Positions 1 to 13,675 of a DNA stretch of 64,000 bases are shown piece by piece. Position 1 is the first letter of the stretch. The number at the start of each line of letters is the position of its first letter. The notes under the pieces are model-generated. The model saw only the letters and a program-made list of their open reading frames with translations, was not told the DNA's origin and did not search any database. The translations under genes and the position numbers were made by a program. Source of the DNA: Chiloscyllium plagiosum (Eukaryota); assembly GCF_004010195.1 (NCBI RefSeq), contig NC_057719.1:64736819-64800818 (forward strand), in the 5' to 3' direction.

Positions 1-249
1 TTCTAACAGAGAATTGTATTTCGATCACTTTTCAAAATGACCAGAATGCTGAAAGTAGTTTTAAAATACAAGACAAATTCTTTGTGGAACAGGTATACAT
101 AGTCACATGTCAGCACTTCTCACTTCTGAGCAGAAGAGCATGCTTTATTCTTAAAATTGTACAGTATGCTGAAAAACCTCAATCAGCTGAAAAGCCAAAT
201 GCTTTTGTTCATTACATAACTTTATTCAACAATAGGTTGGCTGCATTGA

Positions 250-600
250 TTCAGTGAATATTCTTCTGAGATCTAAGAGAATATGAAATGACTTTAGATT
301 AATTATTGTGGTGTTAAACACTCTTCATGACAGAGAGAGCAGATTTCACAGGTGTGGAAGAATTATTCTGTAGTCTTCCAACCACAGGCAAATCTTCAAA
401 ATCTGATCTTCAACCATGCTTGACACCACACCCACCAGGAATTTGTAGTAGACTCTTGATACAGTCAAATGAGCTGTTTAGAAGACAGAGTACCAAAACT
501 GCACAGTTGGCTTAATTGTCTATGTTTTAACTTAAAAAACTGACAATACTACCCAAAATAATATAAGAATACAACTATCTTCTCTGACACAATTTGTGGA
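250..600 (+). pseudogene. Decayed Ki-67 (MKI67)-repeat-like coding remnant, copy A
   Basis: With one frameshift, 301-370 reads NYCGVK(x)LFMTERADFTGVEELF, resembling tandem Ki-67 motifs (D/E-x-x-G-V/F-K/E-x-L-F). It is homologous to 24590-25085 on the opposite strand and contains stops and frameshifts. Confidence 0.45.
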
Positions 601-1129
601 GACTAAATATCATCAAGAGAAGTAAATGTTTGAAAGCAAATCAACACCAAAACACGTCCTTTGCAAAGGGTATTCAAGAAATCAAAGATCCTGATGGTTT
701 CAGTATTGCAGCGACTGAATCTGAATGTTTCATCCTCTACCAACAGACTTCCAACTCAACCAAGTCATCAACCATTTTCACAGTCAGAGATTTGCAAAGT
801 GAAAAACCTTCTTTCTTTATTTGAAACAATTGAATCAAGAAGTTGAAAACCAGAAAAATTCTTGGGAGAGATTTTGTACAAAAGTGCCAGGAGGGATTAG
901 CTGCCATCATGAGATGAGCTCTATTGATTCGGGTATGAAGGACAGTCTCCAGGAGACAATCTGTTTCTATACCACTTACAGTTACATGTTCACTGCTATG
1001 TTCTCAGTAACTAAATAACAGTTTGCTCATGAAGACTAGCCTGAAGCCTCGTGAGAGACTCTTGTGTAACACATGTAACTCGTATCTGCTCCAGGATAGC
1101 AGCAGAGTAGGACTCTTCAGCTGGAGCTT

Positions 1130-1578
1130 GTCCGCTCTGCCTGTTTCTTTTATTTTTTTCTCTCTCTGTCTCTTCAGTTTTTTCCCTTCTGCCAGCAGCC
1201 CGGAGTGGAGTGGGGGGGGTGGTGGCAGTGGCCCAGGACAGAGAAGGGACAGTGGACAGTGGGCCTGGAGCAAAGATGGCGACTGGTTGGGAACCAGTGG
1301 AGACCTGTCATACCATGTGACAACCCTTACAGAAAGACTAGCATGAGCCTATCTTCTTCGATTTATTTCTTATTTTCTTAATTTATACTCTGTATAGATG
1401 TTGTGTAACTTGTAAAAAAAATTTTCTTTTTTTTTTGGACCTAAGATTTGTATCTAAGTAAATTGTACCTAAGATAGCACCGTGTGTTGGTGATACTGTA
1501 CACTTTTTACTGTACTCCTGTGCTTTTGTAACTTTAGTACACGTTGCAATAAATCTAATTCGAATTCTAATTCTAATG
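1130..1578 (+). mobile_element. Non-autonomous retroposon with Rex1/Babar-like 3' tail
   Basis: Ends tttttactgtactc...gtacacgttgcaataaa followed by short tandem repeats. Shares gtacctaagatagca and the tail with 49940-50340. Confidence 0.5.
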
Positions 1579-1809
1579 TAATGAGACTATCTATTAACTA
1601 CTTTGTAATATGTATACTCTGTTTATCAAGACTGAGCCTGTCTTCTGCCTAAGATGTTGTGTGACCATCCTTCCCTGTTTGGTATCAGTAGCTTAGAATA
1701 ATGCCAAGGATAAAAATTGGTGATAGGGAATCCCCCTACAATATATAAGATAGTGCCAGTGGATATGACTATAACATGTACCATGCAAGCCTCAAAAAGG
1801 TGGGAGTAA

Positions 1810-3170
1810 AAGTAGGCCATGTGTCTGTTCCGCTGTTAATAAGATCATGGCTGATCTGATAGTCCTCAATTCCACATTGCCTTTTCCCAAACTCTAAATT
1901 CCTTCAGGAGAAAGCGAGGACTGCAGATGCTGGAGATCAGATTTGAAAAGTGTGGTGCTGGAAAAGCATAGCCAGTCAGGCAGCATCCGAGGAGCAGAAG
2001 AGACAGTGAGATCCTTGTAGAGGGAGGAGAACTTCTTCAAGATGAGCTAGAACGAGGAGGAGAAGCTCTTCAAGGTGGGCTCCTTAGATGCTGCCTGACC
2101 GGCTGTGCTTTTCCAACTCCACACTTTTCAAACCTAAATTCCCTCACCAATTAAAAATATTTCCATCTCAGTCTGAATACACTCAACAAGACAGCCTGTG
2201 CAAGCCTCTACAATAAAGGATTCCATACGCTCAATACTCTCTGAGTGAAGACATACTTCCTCATCTTAAATGGATGACTTCTTATTCTGAGATTCTGCCC
2301 TCTGATCCTCGACCCTCCCACAAGGTGCAACCATCTTTCTGTGACTACCCCATCAAGTCTTGAACATTTCAATAAGGTTCCCTCTCATTCTTCTAAACTC
2401 CAGTGAGACCAGGCGCAATCTACTCAACCTCTCCTCCATAAAAGTATCCCTCCATACCCAAGATCAATGAAGTGAACTTCTCTGGACTATCTCTAAAGAC
2501 AATATTTATATATATGTGTCCTTTGATAAGGGGACCAAAACACTTCACAGCATTCTAGCTGATGTCTGACTAATGCCTTCTACAGTTATAACAAGACCTT
2601 CCCATTTTTATACTTTATTCCTTTGAAATAAAAGGCAACATTCCATTCTCCTTCCATAGTACCTGTTGAGCTTGTTTTCAAGTTTCATATAATTTATGCA
2701 TGTGGACTTTCAAATCCCCCTTCTGAAGCGTTCTGCAGTATTTCTCAATTTAAATAATATTCAACTGCTCTATTCTTCCTGCCAAAGTGCACACTCTCAT
2801 ATTTTCCAACACATTCCATGTGGCATGTTTTTGACAAGTCATTTAACCTACCTCTATCCCTTTGAAGACTCTTTTCTGACATCCTCACTTGGTTTCCCAC
2901 TTATTTGTGTGTTATCGGCAAACTTGGCAGAACTACTTTCACTTCCCTCATTCAAATCATTAATAAATGTTGTCAATAATTGTGGCCCCTGTGGCGCTGA
3001 TCCCTGTGGCACTCCACTATTACAGGTTACCTTCCTGAAAATGTTCCATATCCAAAATCTCCTATTAGTTAGCCAATATACTGTTCATGTATATATGTTA
3101 ACCCAGCACCATGATCTTTCATCTTATTAAGTAGCCTAATGTGTGGTATCTTATCAAAGATTTTCTGAAA
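1810..3170 (-). mobile_element. Old CR1 LINE 3' fragment
   Basis: Antisense CR1 RT signatures (tgatccctgtggcactccact = SGVPQGS; tcggcaaactt = KFAD) and a CR1 3' UTR (aagatcatggctgatctg). Confidence 0.75.
1907..2132. mobile_element. Penelope-derived inverted-repeat element (family A) inserted in CR1
   Basis: Starts ggagaaagcgaggactgcagatgctgg. Inverted arms flank an internal Penelope ORF scrap. Imperfect TSD ctaaattcc(t/c)tca. Confidence 0.75.
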
Positions 3171-3282
3171 TTCTACAATTCCACATAAAACCTGGTCACT
3201 CCAGAGTCATCTACAATAGAACAATCCCCAGACAGCTTGATGATAGTAATGCCATTACAGCATCTCTCAACGATACATCGAT

Positions 3283-3553
3283 GGCATGATGGCACAGTGG
3301 TTAGCACTGCTGCCTCACGGCAGGAGGGTCCCAGGTTCTGTCTGTGTGCAGTTTGCACATTCTCCTCGTGTCTGTGTGGTTTCCTCCCACAGTCCAAAGA
3401 TGTGCAGGTCAGGTGAATTGGCCATGTTAAATTGCCCATAGTGTTAGGTGTATTATTCAGAGGGAAATAGGTCTGGGTGGGTTACTCTTTGGAGGGTCGA
3501 TGTGGACTGGTTGGGCCGAAGGACCTGTTTCCACACTTTAGGAAATCTAATCT
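3283..3553 (+). mobile_element. tRNA-derived SINE (HE1-like)
   Basis: Head tggcacagtggttagcactgctgcctcac, body tttcctcccacagtccaaagatgtgcagg, CR1-like tail ggacctgtttccacact. Confidence 0.9.
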
Positions 3554-4987
3554 CACGCCATGCAAGCTCTGACGATTTTTGTTCTTAGATAAGCTGGCAG
3601 GGTGCACAGCTATAAACCCACATGAGCTCATAGCAGGCTCAAGAAGAAAAATCTTGTGAATCAGTTGCCTTCACAGCATGATTATAGAAGTAGAAAACCA
3701 TGTGAATGAATGACATCCAAACTGGGAGTGGGTTTTCCATTTCATTTGGATGTATTTCAAGCATATACATTTACAAGATTTTCTCTAACTTCCGCACACA
3801 ATGTTCTCTCCATTGCATGCCAATATGCAGACTGCCTTCCCATCTTAAGTGAAAAATGAATAAAATCTTTGTTACCAGGACCTAGTTATCCAGTGTGAGT
3901 GCTTGGGTGGTTCTTGCCTTGGCTAGCCTTCACTGAAGTTACCCCTTAGTGTGAATCATGGAAGAGATACACATTCAAGAATATTCCTGCACTAAGAAAT
4001 AGTTGTGAACTGCAAGGACATTGCAATGTTTTAAGAATGAACATAAGACTGCAAGTTTCTGTAATGAGTATACTTCTGACTTTCTATTGCCAACCTGCCT
4101 GCAATCCAGTTGCCTGTGTCTCTGTTTTCCTGCCTGACTGACAACTATTTGCAACATCCTCTTTGGATGTACTTCCAGCATTTTTGCTTCTCTCCCAGTT
4201 TTATTTCTGTGACACTGGTTGTCAGTTACCTTATCTTGATAAAACTCTTATGAAGACATGATGCAGTGATAATTCACAGGGGCAGGGTTTGCCTGAAACT
4301 TGAGGATTCTGATTTTCCATTTTAGGCCAGTGGCTAGCTCTAGTTAAAACGGTCCCCTAGACAATTTGTTGTCAATATTTGCAAACAGACATTGCAGGAA
4401 CTTTGTCAATCCTGACCTTAAGGTTTGCTTTTGTTCTTGAAAATTTACACTTCCCTAAAAGTAAGGCTTTTTCTATATTTTCTTGGGTTTATTTTTTCGC
4501 TCACGCTAAATTAGAATGAACAAGTTGGTGATTTTTTGTTTTGCATTGAACTCACTGGACCTCAAATTACCTTCAACCGTCGTAGTTGGCAAGTAGAATT
4601 TTCCAGCCTTGACTGAGTAGTACTACTGTTTTTTTAAAACTTAAAAAGTCATAAAATGTTGTAAGCTAAACAGAACCTTGCTATTTTATAATACTGAAAT
4701 GGAGATGGAGCCGTTCAATGCTCAGAGGAAAAAAAATGCATTTAAAGGAAACATTTCTTTCCAGAGATGAAATGATGTTTTAAATCATTTTGATATTGGT
4801 ACGGTGGTCTTATTTCTTATGGGCTGAGTAAGAAAATATTGGTGGAGCTTTGCTGCTTCGTATAAGATCTTGAAGGAGATCCGATTCAAATTTTAAAAGC
4901 CCTTGTCATCAGATAGTGGGGCCAAGGGAAAAATTGTTGATATCTTTCAATTTATTTACATCAGGAAAGCTGTGCAAAATCACCCTT

Positions 4988-5140
4988 CATAAAAGCAAAA
5001 TTTTGTGAATTCTGGGCCTCTGAACTAAAAGCAGAAAATGTTGGAAATATTCAATAGGCCTGGCAGAATCTGTGGAGAGAGAAAAACAGTAAACATTTCA
5101 ACTTTCTTTATCAGTTTGTCTGGCATTTTGTGTTTTTATT
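4988..5140. mobile_element. Degenerate Penelope pseudo-LTR remnant
   Basis: Similar to 34288-34485 and 37598-37745 (cataaaagcaaaa...aggcctggcagaatctgtggagagagaaa). Confidence 0.55.
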
Positions 5141-5295
5141 CCTATTTAGCCCTTGTCTGCTGAACAATCTTTGCAGTACCTTAATTTCTCCAACTAATAA
5201 AAGCATTTGGAACATTTTTAAACCCTAAAATAAATTATGTTTATTCCCTAGTTTACACATTGCTATGAAATCCTAATCACCAGCGCAGCTGAATT

Positions 5296-5614
5296 GGATT
5301 GAATGATTAGATTAGATTCCCCACAGTATGGAAACAGGCCATTTGGCCCAACAAGTCCACACTGCCCCTCCGAAGAGTAACCCACGCAGACCCATTCCCC
5401 TACTCTATATATACTCCTGACTAATGTATTTAACACTATGAGCAATTTAGTGTGACCAGTTCAGCTGACCTGCACATCTTTGGATTATGGGAGGAAACTG
5501 GAACACCCAGAGGAAACCCACACAGATATGGGAAGAATGTGCAAACTCCACACAGTCACCTGAGGTGGGAATTGAGCCTGGGACCCTGGCACTGTGAGCC
5601 ACCTTGTTGACCAC
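5296..5614 (-). mobile_element. tRNA-derived SINE (HE1-like)
   Basis: Reverse complement of the 3283 family, with (ttaga)n tail at the left end. Confidence 0.9.
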
Positions 5615-6265
5615 TGAATGATCTCACAATATACTGTAAGTTCTAAGTAATTTTATATTTGGCAATGTGAAATTAACAAATAAATCAAAGATTAATTACT
5701 ATGAACCTTGTAAAAGTGTAGGTTGAAATCCCTATAGCGTAACATTCATTAACCCAACTTTCTCAATCTGTCTGTAATTAGACATAGTTTATGAGAGCCT
5801 GGAGGCATCTTGTTATCGATTGAGGGGCTATGTTCTGCTTCATTCTGGCTGACTAAAAATTTCCCTTACTCTTACTGCCCATATTAGGCATGTTAGGAGG
5901 AATAGCAGGTTGATTTCCCATGTCATGAATAGTTGTTCCACAGCTAACAAGTCCTGGATAAGATTCGAAACTGACTGAAAGGCAACAGCAGCGTCTTCTA
6001 AGACTCAAATTCTCTGCCCCACCTGCCTTATCGGAAGAAAATTCAACATTCAAGATTCCAGGACCAGACCAAAGTAGTGAAATAAAAGTGTGTTCCATCC
6101 ACTCCATGCAAGGAGCTTCATGAAATGTATTTCTGACGTGGTCTACCAAGGAGTCTGCAGGATGAAACCAATGTCAATTCTGCATTAAAAAATACATTTA
6201 CTTTCAGAAAGACTATGCCTATAAGTAAGTATGAGAAACACCAAGAATTAACATTAGGATAATTG

Positions 6266-6882
6266 TGTTATGGACCAGACCAAACCCCTCAAAGCATGTC
6301 AAGGAGATAGTCTAACCCCTAACTTTTTCTTATTTTAAAGGCAAGTGTTGCTTGCCGGATGCAATTCAATTGGTCAAACTATCAGGATTGAAGTAAAAAA
6401 ACTTTATTCATATGCTATAGTTAATGTGCGCAAATAAAAATAAAAGAATTGGCTTAACTGTAAGTCTATCAAAATACTTAACAAAATAATAATCTACTCA
6501 TTAACTGTTCCAATATACTAACATCCCATAAACATCCCTTTGGCAAAGGCAAAGTCAATAAAATAGATTGTCTCATGTGCAATTCCAGCAGCAGGAAGAG
6601 AACCCAAGCTTTTAGCTGTACTAATGTGAGAGAGAGAGAGAGACTTAGCAGCTTTCACAACCTCAACAAAGACTGAAAGCCACACTAAAAACCCTAGTTA
6701 TGTGGAACCTTAACCTCACCCATTCAGGCTGCTTCTATTGTTCCAACTTTAAAAAATCCCAAGGCCTCATAAGCTGTTTACTTTACTGGGTTGATGCACA
6801 CTACTGTGTAACTCTGTCTCAACCTTTCTTCGTTTAAACAAAAAGGACAAAATACACCTCTTAAAGCCATAGTATCATTGCA
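6266..6882. mobile_element. Solo LTR
   Basis: About 617 bp bounded by TG (tgttatgg) and CA (cattgca), flanked on both sides by 4-bp attg. No ORF. Confidence 0.6.
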
Positions 6883-6966
6883 ATTGGCTGTTGCATTTTT
6901 TTGCTTAGTTTTTAGGTTTGTTGCTGCAAAGTGGTTTAAACTCTAAACTGCATCTGATTGTGCTAG

Positions 6967-7074
6967 GTAAACACTCTGTTCCTGATGAAGGGCTTTTGCC
7001 CGAAACGTCGATTTTCCTGCTCCTTGGATGCTGTCTGATTTGCTGTGCTTTTCTAGCACCACTCTAATCTAGAC
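6967..7074 (+). mobile_element. Penelope pseudo-LTR fragment (family A)
   Basis: Exact 14-bp TSD tctgattgtgctag at 6953-6966 and 7075-7088. Contains a hammerhead core. Confidence 0.85.
6982..7009 (+). ncRNA. Minimal type I hammerhead ribozyme motif
   Basis: CUGAUGA-A-GGGC-uuuu-GCCC-GAAA-CG-UC: complete core, paired stem II, palindromic ACGU stem III. Confidence 0.75.
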
Positions 7075-7902
7075 TCTGATTGTGCTAGACCTGATTAAGG
7101 GATCCTTCATGCTGTGATTGATTGATTGCCCAGAGCAGATTTTAAAACAAAATCACTAATGGTGATATAGCATCAAGAAATTACACCATAAGAAATAATA
7201 ACTTGCCCATCCAGGAATGTATTTATAAAGCAATTATACTGGTATGTTTGCTAGTTTTATTTAAAACAGGAATCAAGAATTCACCACCATATGCTTGAAG
7301 ATTTCAGTGGCATTTTTAAATAGTTCAAGGACATCTGCAGCTGATGCATAATTGTTTCAAGAATGACATGGTTGCAATGGCTTTAGTAAGTGGATGTGCT
7401 ACTTAATGTTAACATCCCGTGGAATGTCGCTCAGTTGAATTTCAAAGAAGAAAAACAAGGCCGTTCAAATCAAAGTGGATGGAAATAGTGACAAAGATTA
7501 ATTGCTTTAATCAACTTGTGCAAAGGAATAAGACTTAGAGGTCTGTAATTTGAGATCAAAAGAGTTGAATTGTAGAATTATATCCTGTAATTAATCCTGT
7601 GAAGCAGACAAAAACTGAGGGTGATGGTCTGGCTATCAACATTGGGTTGGGATACTAGACAGATTACAAAAATATTTTCTAAAAAATAATTCAAATCTTG
7701 AATTATAGACAGTTGTTATGCAAAGGAAAATATGCGATATTGCCAAATTTCAATTCCTATTTTTGTAATTTCTGGTTTTCCCTTTTCCGATTATTTAATT
7801 AAAATTGCAATATATTTTCCTTCACAAATGTTTGACATTTGTTTCTATCAATTGACACATTATGTGACACATCATTATTACAAGGAGTACCATGTGAACA
7901 TA

Positions 7903-8000
7903 GTTAAAAATTACACAATACCAGGTTATAGTCCAATAGCCCAATAGGTTTATTTAGAAGCACTGGCTTTCGGAGTGCTGCTCCTTCATCAGGTGGTTGT
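7903..8000 (-). mobile_element. Penelope pseudo-LTR fragment (family B) with degenerate hammerhead
   Basis: ccaggttatagtccaa family. Minus strand reads cacCUGAUGAaggagcagcacuccGAAAgcca. Confidence 0.7.
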
Positions 8001-9044
8001 GAACATACGTGAGCCAAGCTCAAAGTTTTGTTTAGTATGTTGTGTGCTTGGAACGGTTGAAGAGTGCAAATTTTAGAATGATGGTCTTACTGGCTGGAGC
8101 ACCTAAGAGGTCATTCTTCATAAAGATCCTGTAGTCTCATCATATCAAGTAGTATCTTTTGGCATAAGGACATTTTTCATCAGTAAATTGTTGCCAATCC
8201 ATGAGCTGCCAACAGGTGGAGTAAGATGTCTGTAATGTGTTGGTCTTACTGTCATGGTTCACAGAAACACATTTGGGTTAAAATGCCAAGGGAGGAAATG
8301 ATTGCAGGAGTAGCTTTCATCTTGATTGTAGACAAAATAAGATTTTAAAGTATGAGCAATTATTTTTATACAAACAAGCTGCTGCAGTAATGGGCTACAT
8401 TAAATGCCTTTTATTAATCAGGAGTTTTTGAAATCTTAAATATTTCAAATCGTTGTTTCAAGGTAAATTCAAAATTAGCACTTAATTGCAGCACCAAAAC
8501 AAGTAAGATTGATGATTGTCAGATAAGTGGAGGATCTGTAATGACGACTTACATCCCATTCTGGTAACTTATTCATAGAAATATACTGAAGTCACAATTC
8601 ATTTGCCATTTGGCCTACATGGTGTTTGTGAGCATGTGAAGATTTGTTTTATTCAGACTTCTAATGCACTAATGAGAATTACTGATGAAAGTTTTTTTTT
8701 GGTGTTCACCTGAGATTGAATGTAACTAAGATTGATTTGATATCCAAATAAATTAGGTCACTGAATTTATTGGTGCAATGATTTTGAAGGGTCTCACACT
8801 CAATTTTAATTTCCATAATTTGTTTCTTGCTTTCAACTATTAATTGCTTGTCAGCATATTATGCCATTAAGGGGGGAAACTGAGATCAACTGTAGTCTTG
8901 GTATGTTATGTTTGTAAGATCTTTCGTAGAGAACAGATAAAAAAAAGGCTTTATACAGGTAAAAGAATGCTGTACAGGTATACCAAAAGAAAACATGGAA
9001 AAGGAATAGAGGAAAAAATTTCAAAACTATTTTGAGTCACAGTG

Positions 9045-9210
9045 AACGATTTATATATGAATGTCCAGAGCATTCAAAACAAAATTGCAGTCTGTTTATC
9101 TGTTTGTAATTATGAACATTTATCATACATGAATGCACAGCTTAGCTTTGACAGGACTGGGACTGTAATATCACTGGTTATAGCATTTCCAGAAGAGGTA
9201 AGAAGGAAAT
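9045..9210 (+). mobile_element. CR1 ORF2 endonuclease N-terminal remnant
   Basis: Reads LYMNVQSIQNK, matching the CR1 endonuclease start (LYxNARSIxNK). Heavily decayed. Confidence 0.5.
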
Positions 9211-9378
9211 AGATCCATTACCCAGCAAACCTAGTTAATTCTATATGGCATTGAAGCAGCTGTATACTGGATACAGCAAGGCTTTGGGGACCTGATGCCT
9301 TTTCAGCTGTGCAGCTAAACTGGCTAGAAAACTGTTTAAAAGTCTTCAATGAAACTGAGCTTGTCAGTTAGATAATTG

Positions 9379-9922
9379 CAGAGTGCTTCAGAGAACATCT
9401 CCGGGACACCCACACCAACCAACCCCACTGCCCCGTGGCTGAACACCTCAACTCCCCTCCCACTCCGCCAAGGACATGCAGATCCTGGGCCGCCTTCATC
9501 GCCACACCTTTACCACCCGACACTTGGAGGAAGAACGCCTCATCTTCCACCTTGGGATCCTCCAACCACACGGATCAATGTGGACTTCACCAGTTTCCTC
9601 ATTTCCCCTCCCCTCCACCTTATCCCAGTTTCTACTTTCCAACTCGGCGCTGCCGTCATGACCTATCCTACCTGTCCACTTCCTTTCCCACCTATCCGCT
9701 CCACCCTCCATCTACCTATCACACTCTCAGCAACATCGTCCCAGTCCCATCCCTTACCATTTATCTCTCCACCCCTTCAGCTCACAAGCCTCATTCCTGA
9801 TAAAGGGGTCTTGCCTGAAACGTCAATTCTCCTGCTCCTTGGATGCTGCCTGACCTGCTGTGCTTTTCCAGCACCATATTCTCAACTCTGATCTACAGCA
9901 TCTGCAGTCCTCACTTTCTCCT
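9379..9922 (+). mobile_element. Penelope-like element 3' end (GIY-YIG C-terminus plus pseudo-LTR)
   Basis: Across frameshifts reads FREHLRDT..PVAEHLNSP..DMQILG..RHLEEERLIFHLGILQPHG. Followed by a decayed hammerhead near 9797-9825 and the family A end cagcatctgcagtcctcactttctcc. Confidence 0.9.
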
Positions 9923-9999
9923 AACTATTTGTTAAGCCCTAACCATAATTATTTTTTACCTAGATCTATCCTCACAGTGAGGCTGTTGGTCTGATTAAA

Positions 10000-10640
10000 G
10001 TTCCTGGCCAATGTTGATTGTTAAGGACTTGGCAATGATGATGCTGTTGGAAATAAGATGGTATTCAACTGAACACAGTAAGCCCAGTGAGACTAAGGCC
10101 AATAATGTCAAAGGGAAACCCCTTTGAGTATTGAATGAAAAGATTGTGGTTGCCAGACAACCTATCTGCAGGATTTAGTCAGGGAAGTATCCTTTGCCTA
10201 ACTCTCTTCAACAGCATCATCAATTATCTTCTCTTCAATATAATGTTAGAAGGGAGGTTGTTTGTTGACAGAGTTCCTGTATCCAATTCCATTTGCAACT
10301 TGACAAAATAATGAAGCAGTCCATAACAGCCTCCAGCAGGATCTGGATAGAATCCAGGCTCAGGATGTGTTATCCTGCCCTTGCCTTCAATAACATTAGC
10401 ATTGCTGAATCCTACATCATCAACATCTCGCAGAGAATTAACGTCACCAAGTTTACTTTGACAGCATCTTTCTCACAAAATACATGGAGTACTATTATGG
10501 GAGTACCTTCACCTCCCAAAATTCCTGTACAAGTCGCACATCATCCTGACTTGGATACCAATTGCTGTATTTTCACCATTGCTAGGTCAATACCTTGGAA
10601 GTTCCTACCTAAACACAGTGACTGCCATGACCACAAGGGC
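10000..10640 (+). mobile_element. Very old L2/CR1-superfamily LINE remnant
   Basis: Patchy similarity to 17040-17520 (gtcgcacatcatcctgacttgga, gctaggtcaataccttggaa). Confidence 0.45.
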
Positions 10641-11129
10641 CACAATGGTTCACCCTTACATCTGGACAGCAGATTCTGAATGATCTTTTCTGCTTTCCTT
10701 TTCTTTCCCTTTTTTTGCCATAATTTAATACTCCATCTTCAATATTTATACTTTACTGTTACTTCCATCAGACAATCATAGTCAGTCATCTAGTTCAGCT
10801 TTCTAATTTCAGGAAGTTGAAGACCCAATACTAGCTGTGTTCTGCATGTTAGAGCAGTAGTTTTTATTCCCTTATTTTTTTTTGCCATGAATTTGTATAT
10901 GGGAGGATAGTTGTGCATTTTGTGTGTAGGTGGAACCTTCTGCTTCTGGATAGTTATAATCTCCTTTGTCTGGGAAGTTCTGGATTAGTTTGCCTTTTCC
11001 CCTTTAAGGCGATATACCTTGACTGTGCCCAAACCATCTCCACTTTGAAAATAGTTCATTGCTCAGCCACTGATTTTATCACCAACCTTTCCTTTCCTGT
11101 TGAACTGGACACAAACTATTGAAATTCTC

Positions 11130-13250
11130 CTGAACATGGTCGAAGAAAGACTGTCCTTCACAGTACCACGTCCCAGTCCATACTTGGGTAATTAAAGTCC
11201 CTTCTTATTAGTACTCTACAATGTTTTGCAGATTCATTTCACTATGTCTTACTGACTGCCTGGTGGGCTATGGGTAGCATTGAGCAATGAAATTAGATCT
11301 AGCCAAATTGGACCCTCTGAAATATCACCTTTCTTCTGTGCTGTTATGGTCTTCTTAACTAAGAAAGCACTCCTTCTTTCCTCCCTTTCTGTATTTTCTG
11401 GATACCTTGCAATCAGAAATATTTCACATACAGACCTGTCCGTCCTTAAGCCAGGTCTCTTGTTGCCACAATATCATAACCACACAAGGCAATCTGTGCC
11501 TTTAACTCCCCAATCCTATAAGCTATATTCCATGAATTCACATAAATGCAGTATAACCCTGATTTAGACATCTTTACTTTCTCCCTTACTCCAACTTAGT
11601 GATGCACTTAGGCAGGACAAACCAGATAGAGAATACATGATGAGTACAAGGACCCTGGGAAGCACTGAGGATCAGAAGGGCTTTCGTATGCATATCCACC
11701 TATCTCGTTCACAAGTGTTAAGGAAGCAGGGAGGTTATGGAGCTGTATGAAACATTAGTTAGGCCATAGCGAGATTAGTGTGCACAGTTCTGGAATTCAC
11801 ATTACAGGATGGATGTGATAGCATTGGAGAGGGTGTAGAGGATATTTACCAGGATATTTCCTCGGCTGGAGATTTTCAGTTATGAGGAGAGATTGAACAG
11901 ACTGGGGTTGTTTTCCTTAGAGCAGAGGAGATTGAAAGGAGACATGATTGAGATGTGTACGATAATGAGGGGTGCTGGTACGGTAGACAGGAAGAAACTT
12001 TTCGCTTTAATGTAGGGATCAATAATCGGGGCATTGATTTAAAGTAAGGGGCAGAGGTTTAGAGGAGGAATGAGGAAAAACCTTTTCATCCAGAGGGTGG
12101 TGGGAATCTGGAACTCACTGCCTGTAGACATGGTAGAGTCATAAACTTCCACAACATTTAAATATTTACATGTGCACTTGTGATGCCAAGGCATACAATG
12201 CTTTGGGTCAAGTGCTGGAAAATAGGATTAGAGTAGTTAGGTGGTTGCTTTTAACTGATGCAGATCCAATGGGCCGAAGGGCCTTTTTCTGTGCTGTAGA
12301 TCTCTATGACTCTGTTACTGCACCCATTAACTTGCTGTTCTATATTTTAGTGCTACCTGCATTTTCCAGCAGTTTGTGCACCTTGGTATTACTTCCTAAT
12401 GTTCTGTATTGGTTCCCCAACTAACTAACTGTGTTAGTTTAAACCCTTCCTAACGTCACTATCAAATCACCCTGCTTGGAGGTCAGTTCCAGGCTGTACA
12501 GATACCTTCTCCTCCAGACCCAATCCCAGTGTCCCAGGAATCTAAAACCCTCCTTTCTGCACCATTTTCCAGTCACACATACATTTTTATTATTTTTCTC
12601 CTTCTCTACTCACTTGCACTTAGTTCTGGGAGGAATCTGGAGATCACTAACTTAGAGGTGCTGCTTGCTACTCTTCAACCATCTCCCTAATTTCTTATTG
12701 CTGGATTACATGTCCTTTCCTCCTTACATTGTAGTACCAATGTAGACCATGACCTTTGGCTATTGGCCTTCCCCCAGATCCTGCATCTTCTTTGTCATAT
12801 TCTTGACTCCAGCACCAGGTAAACTACAAACTATTCTGGAGTCATATTGAAGAGAAGCATCTATATGTTCCCCTTATTGAAGAATCTCCAATCAGTACTG
12901 GCTTTCCACTTTTCATCTTGCCTTCCTGTAAATTTGGGCCACCTGTAGTGCCAAGGGCTTGGCTTTTGCTGCTCTCCTTCAAGGATACATCGCCGTCACC
13001 AATCTTCAAAATGAAATGAGTAAGATTAACAGAAATTCCTGTTCCCCTTCCTTTTCTCTTCATCTGCCTGGCGGTTACCCAATCTCTAACTTGTTGTGTG
13101 GCTACCTCTCTTAACAATCTGTCCTCATAGTTCTCTGCCTCATGGATGCATGTCAGTGACTTCAGCACTATTCGAGCTTAGAAACTTGGAGTTCAAGCTT
13201 GTGCATCTGGCGACACTTATTACCCATTCCTTATTTGGATCACAGGAAGT
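11130..13250 (-). mobile_element. Old CR1 5' region (ORF1 esterase and endonuclease start)
   Basis: ORF 12842-13168 (-) contains DWVTAR and VLIGDSSIRGT, the GDSL-type esterase motif of CR1 ORF1. Interrupted by a younger CR1. Confidence 0.7.
11610..12312 (+). mobile_element. CR1 LINE 3' fragment
   Basis: CR1 C-terminal coding remnants and the tail gggccgaagggcct...ctctatgactc. Confidence 0.85.
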
Positions 13251-13619
13251 ACCCACAGCTCTCTCCACGGGCCACAGGACATGTGTTCTACTAGTCTAAA
13301 TGTCTCTATTTTACTTTAATCTTATTCTTCTATATTGCTTTAACTTCAGTTACTTTTAATAATTTAACCTTAATCTTGTATTAACTATAAATTGGAAATT
13401 AGTAAAAAGTAGAAATTCTCCACTCATCCTCAAAAATCAGGTTCCTTTCCTGGGACTGTATAGTCTTGTGCTTGTTTAGAAATTGGTGTTTTTCAAAACT
13501 ACTATAACCCATCAACTCACAGCTTCCTTGTGATGCCACTCAGACTTTTATTTCTTCTTCTCCTCACACTGTTCTATTGTGTCTGCTGTCTCTCAAGCAT
13601 TGTTTTAGCTGGTACCTGC

Positions 13620-13675
13620 TCTCTCTCTCCCTCTCTCTCCCTCTCTCCCTCTCTCTGTCCCTCTCCCTCCTCTCG
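13620..13675. repeat. CT-rich microsatellite
   Basis: (ctctctctcc)n. Confidence 0.9.
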
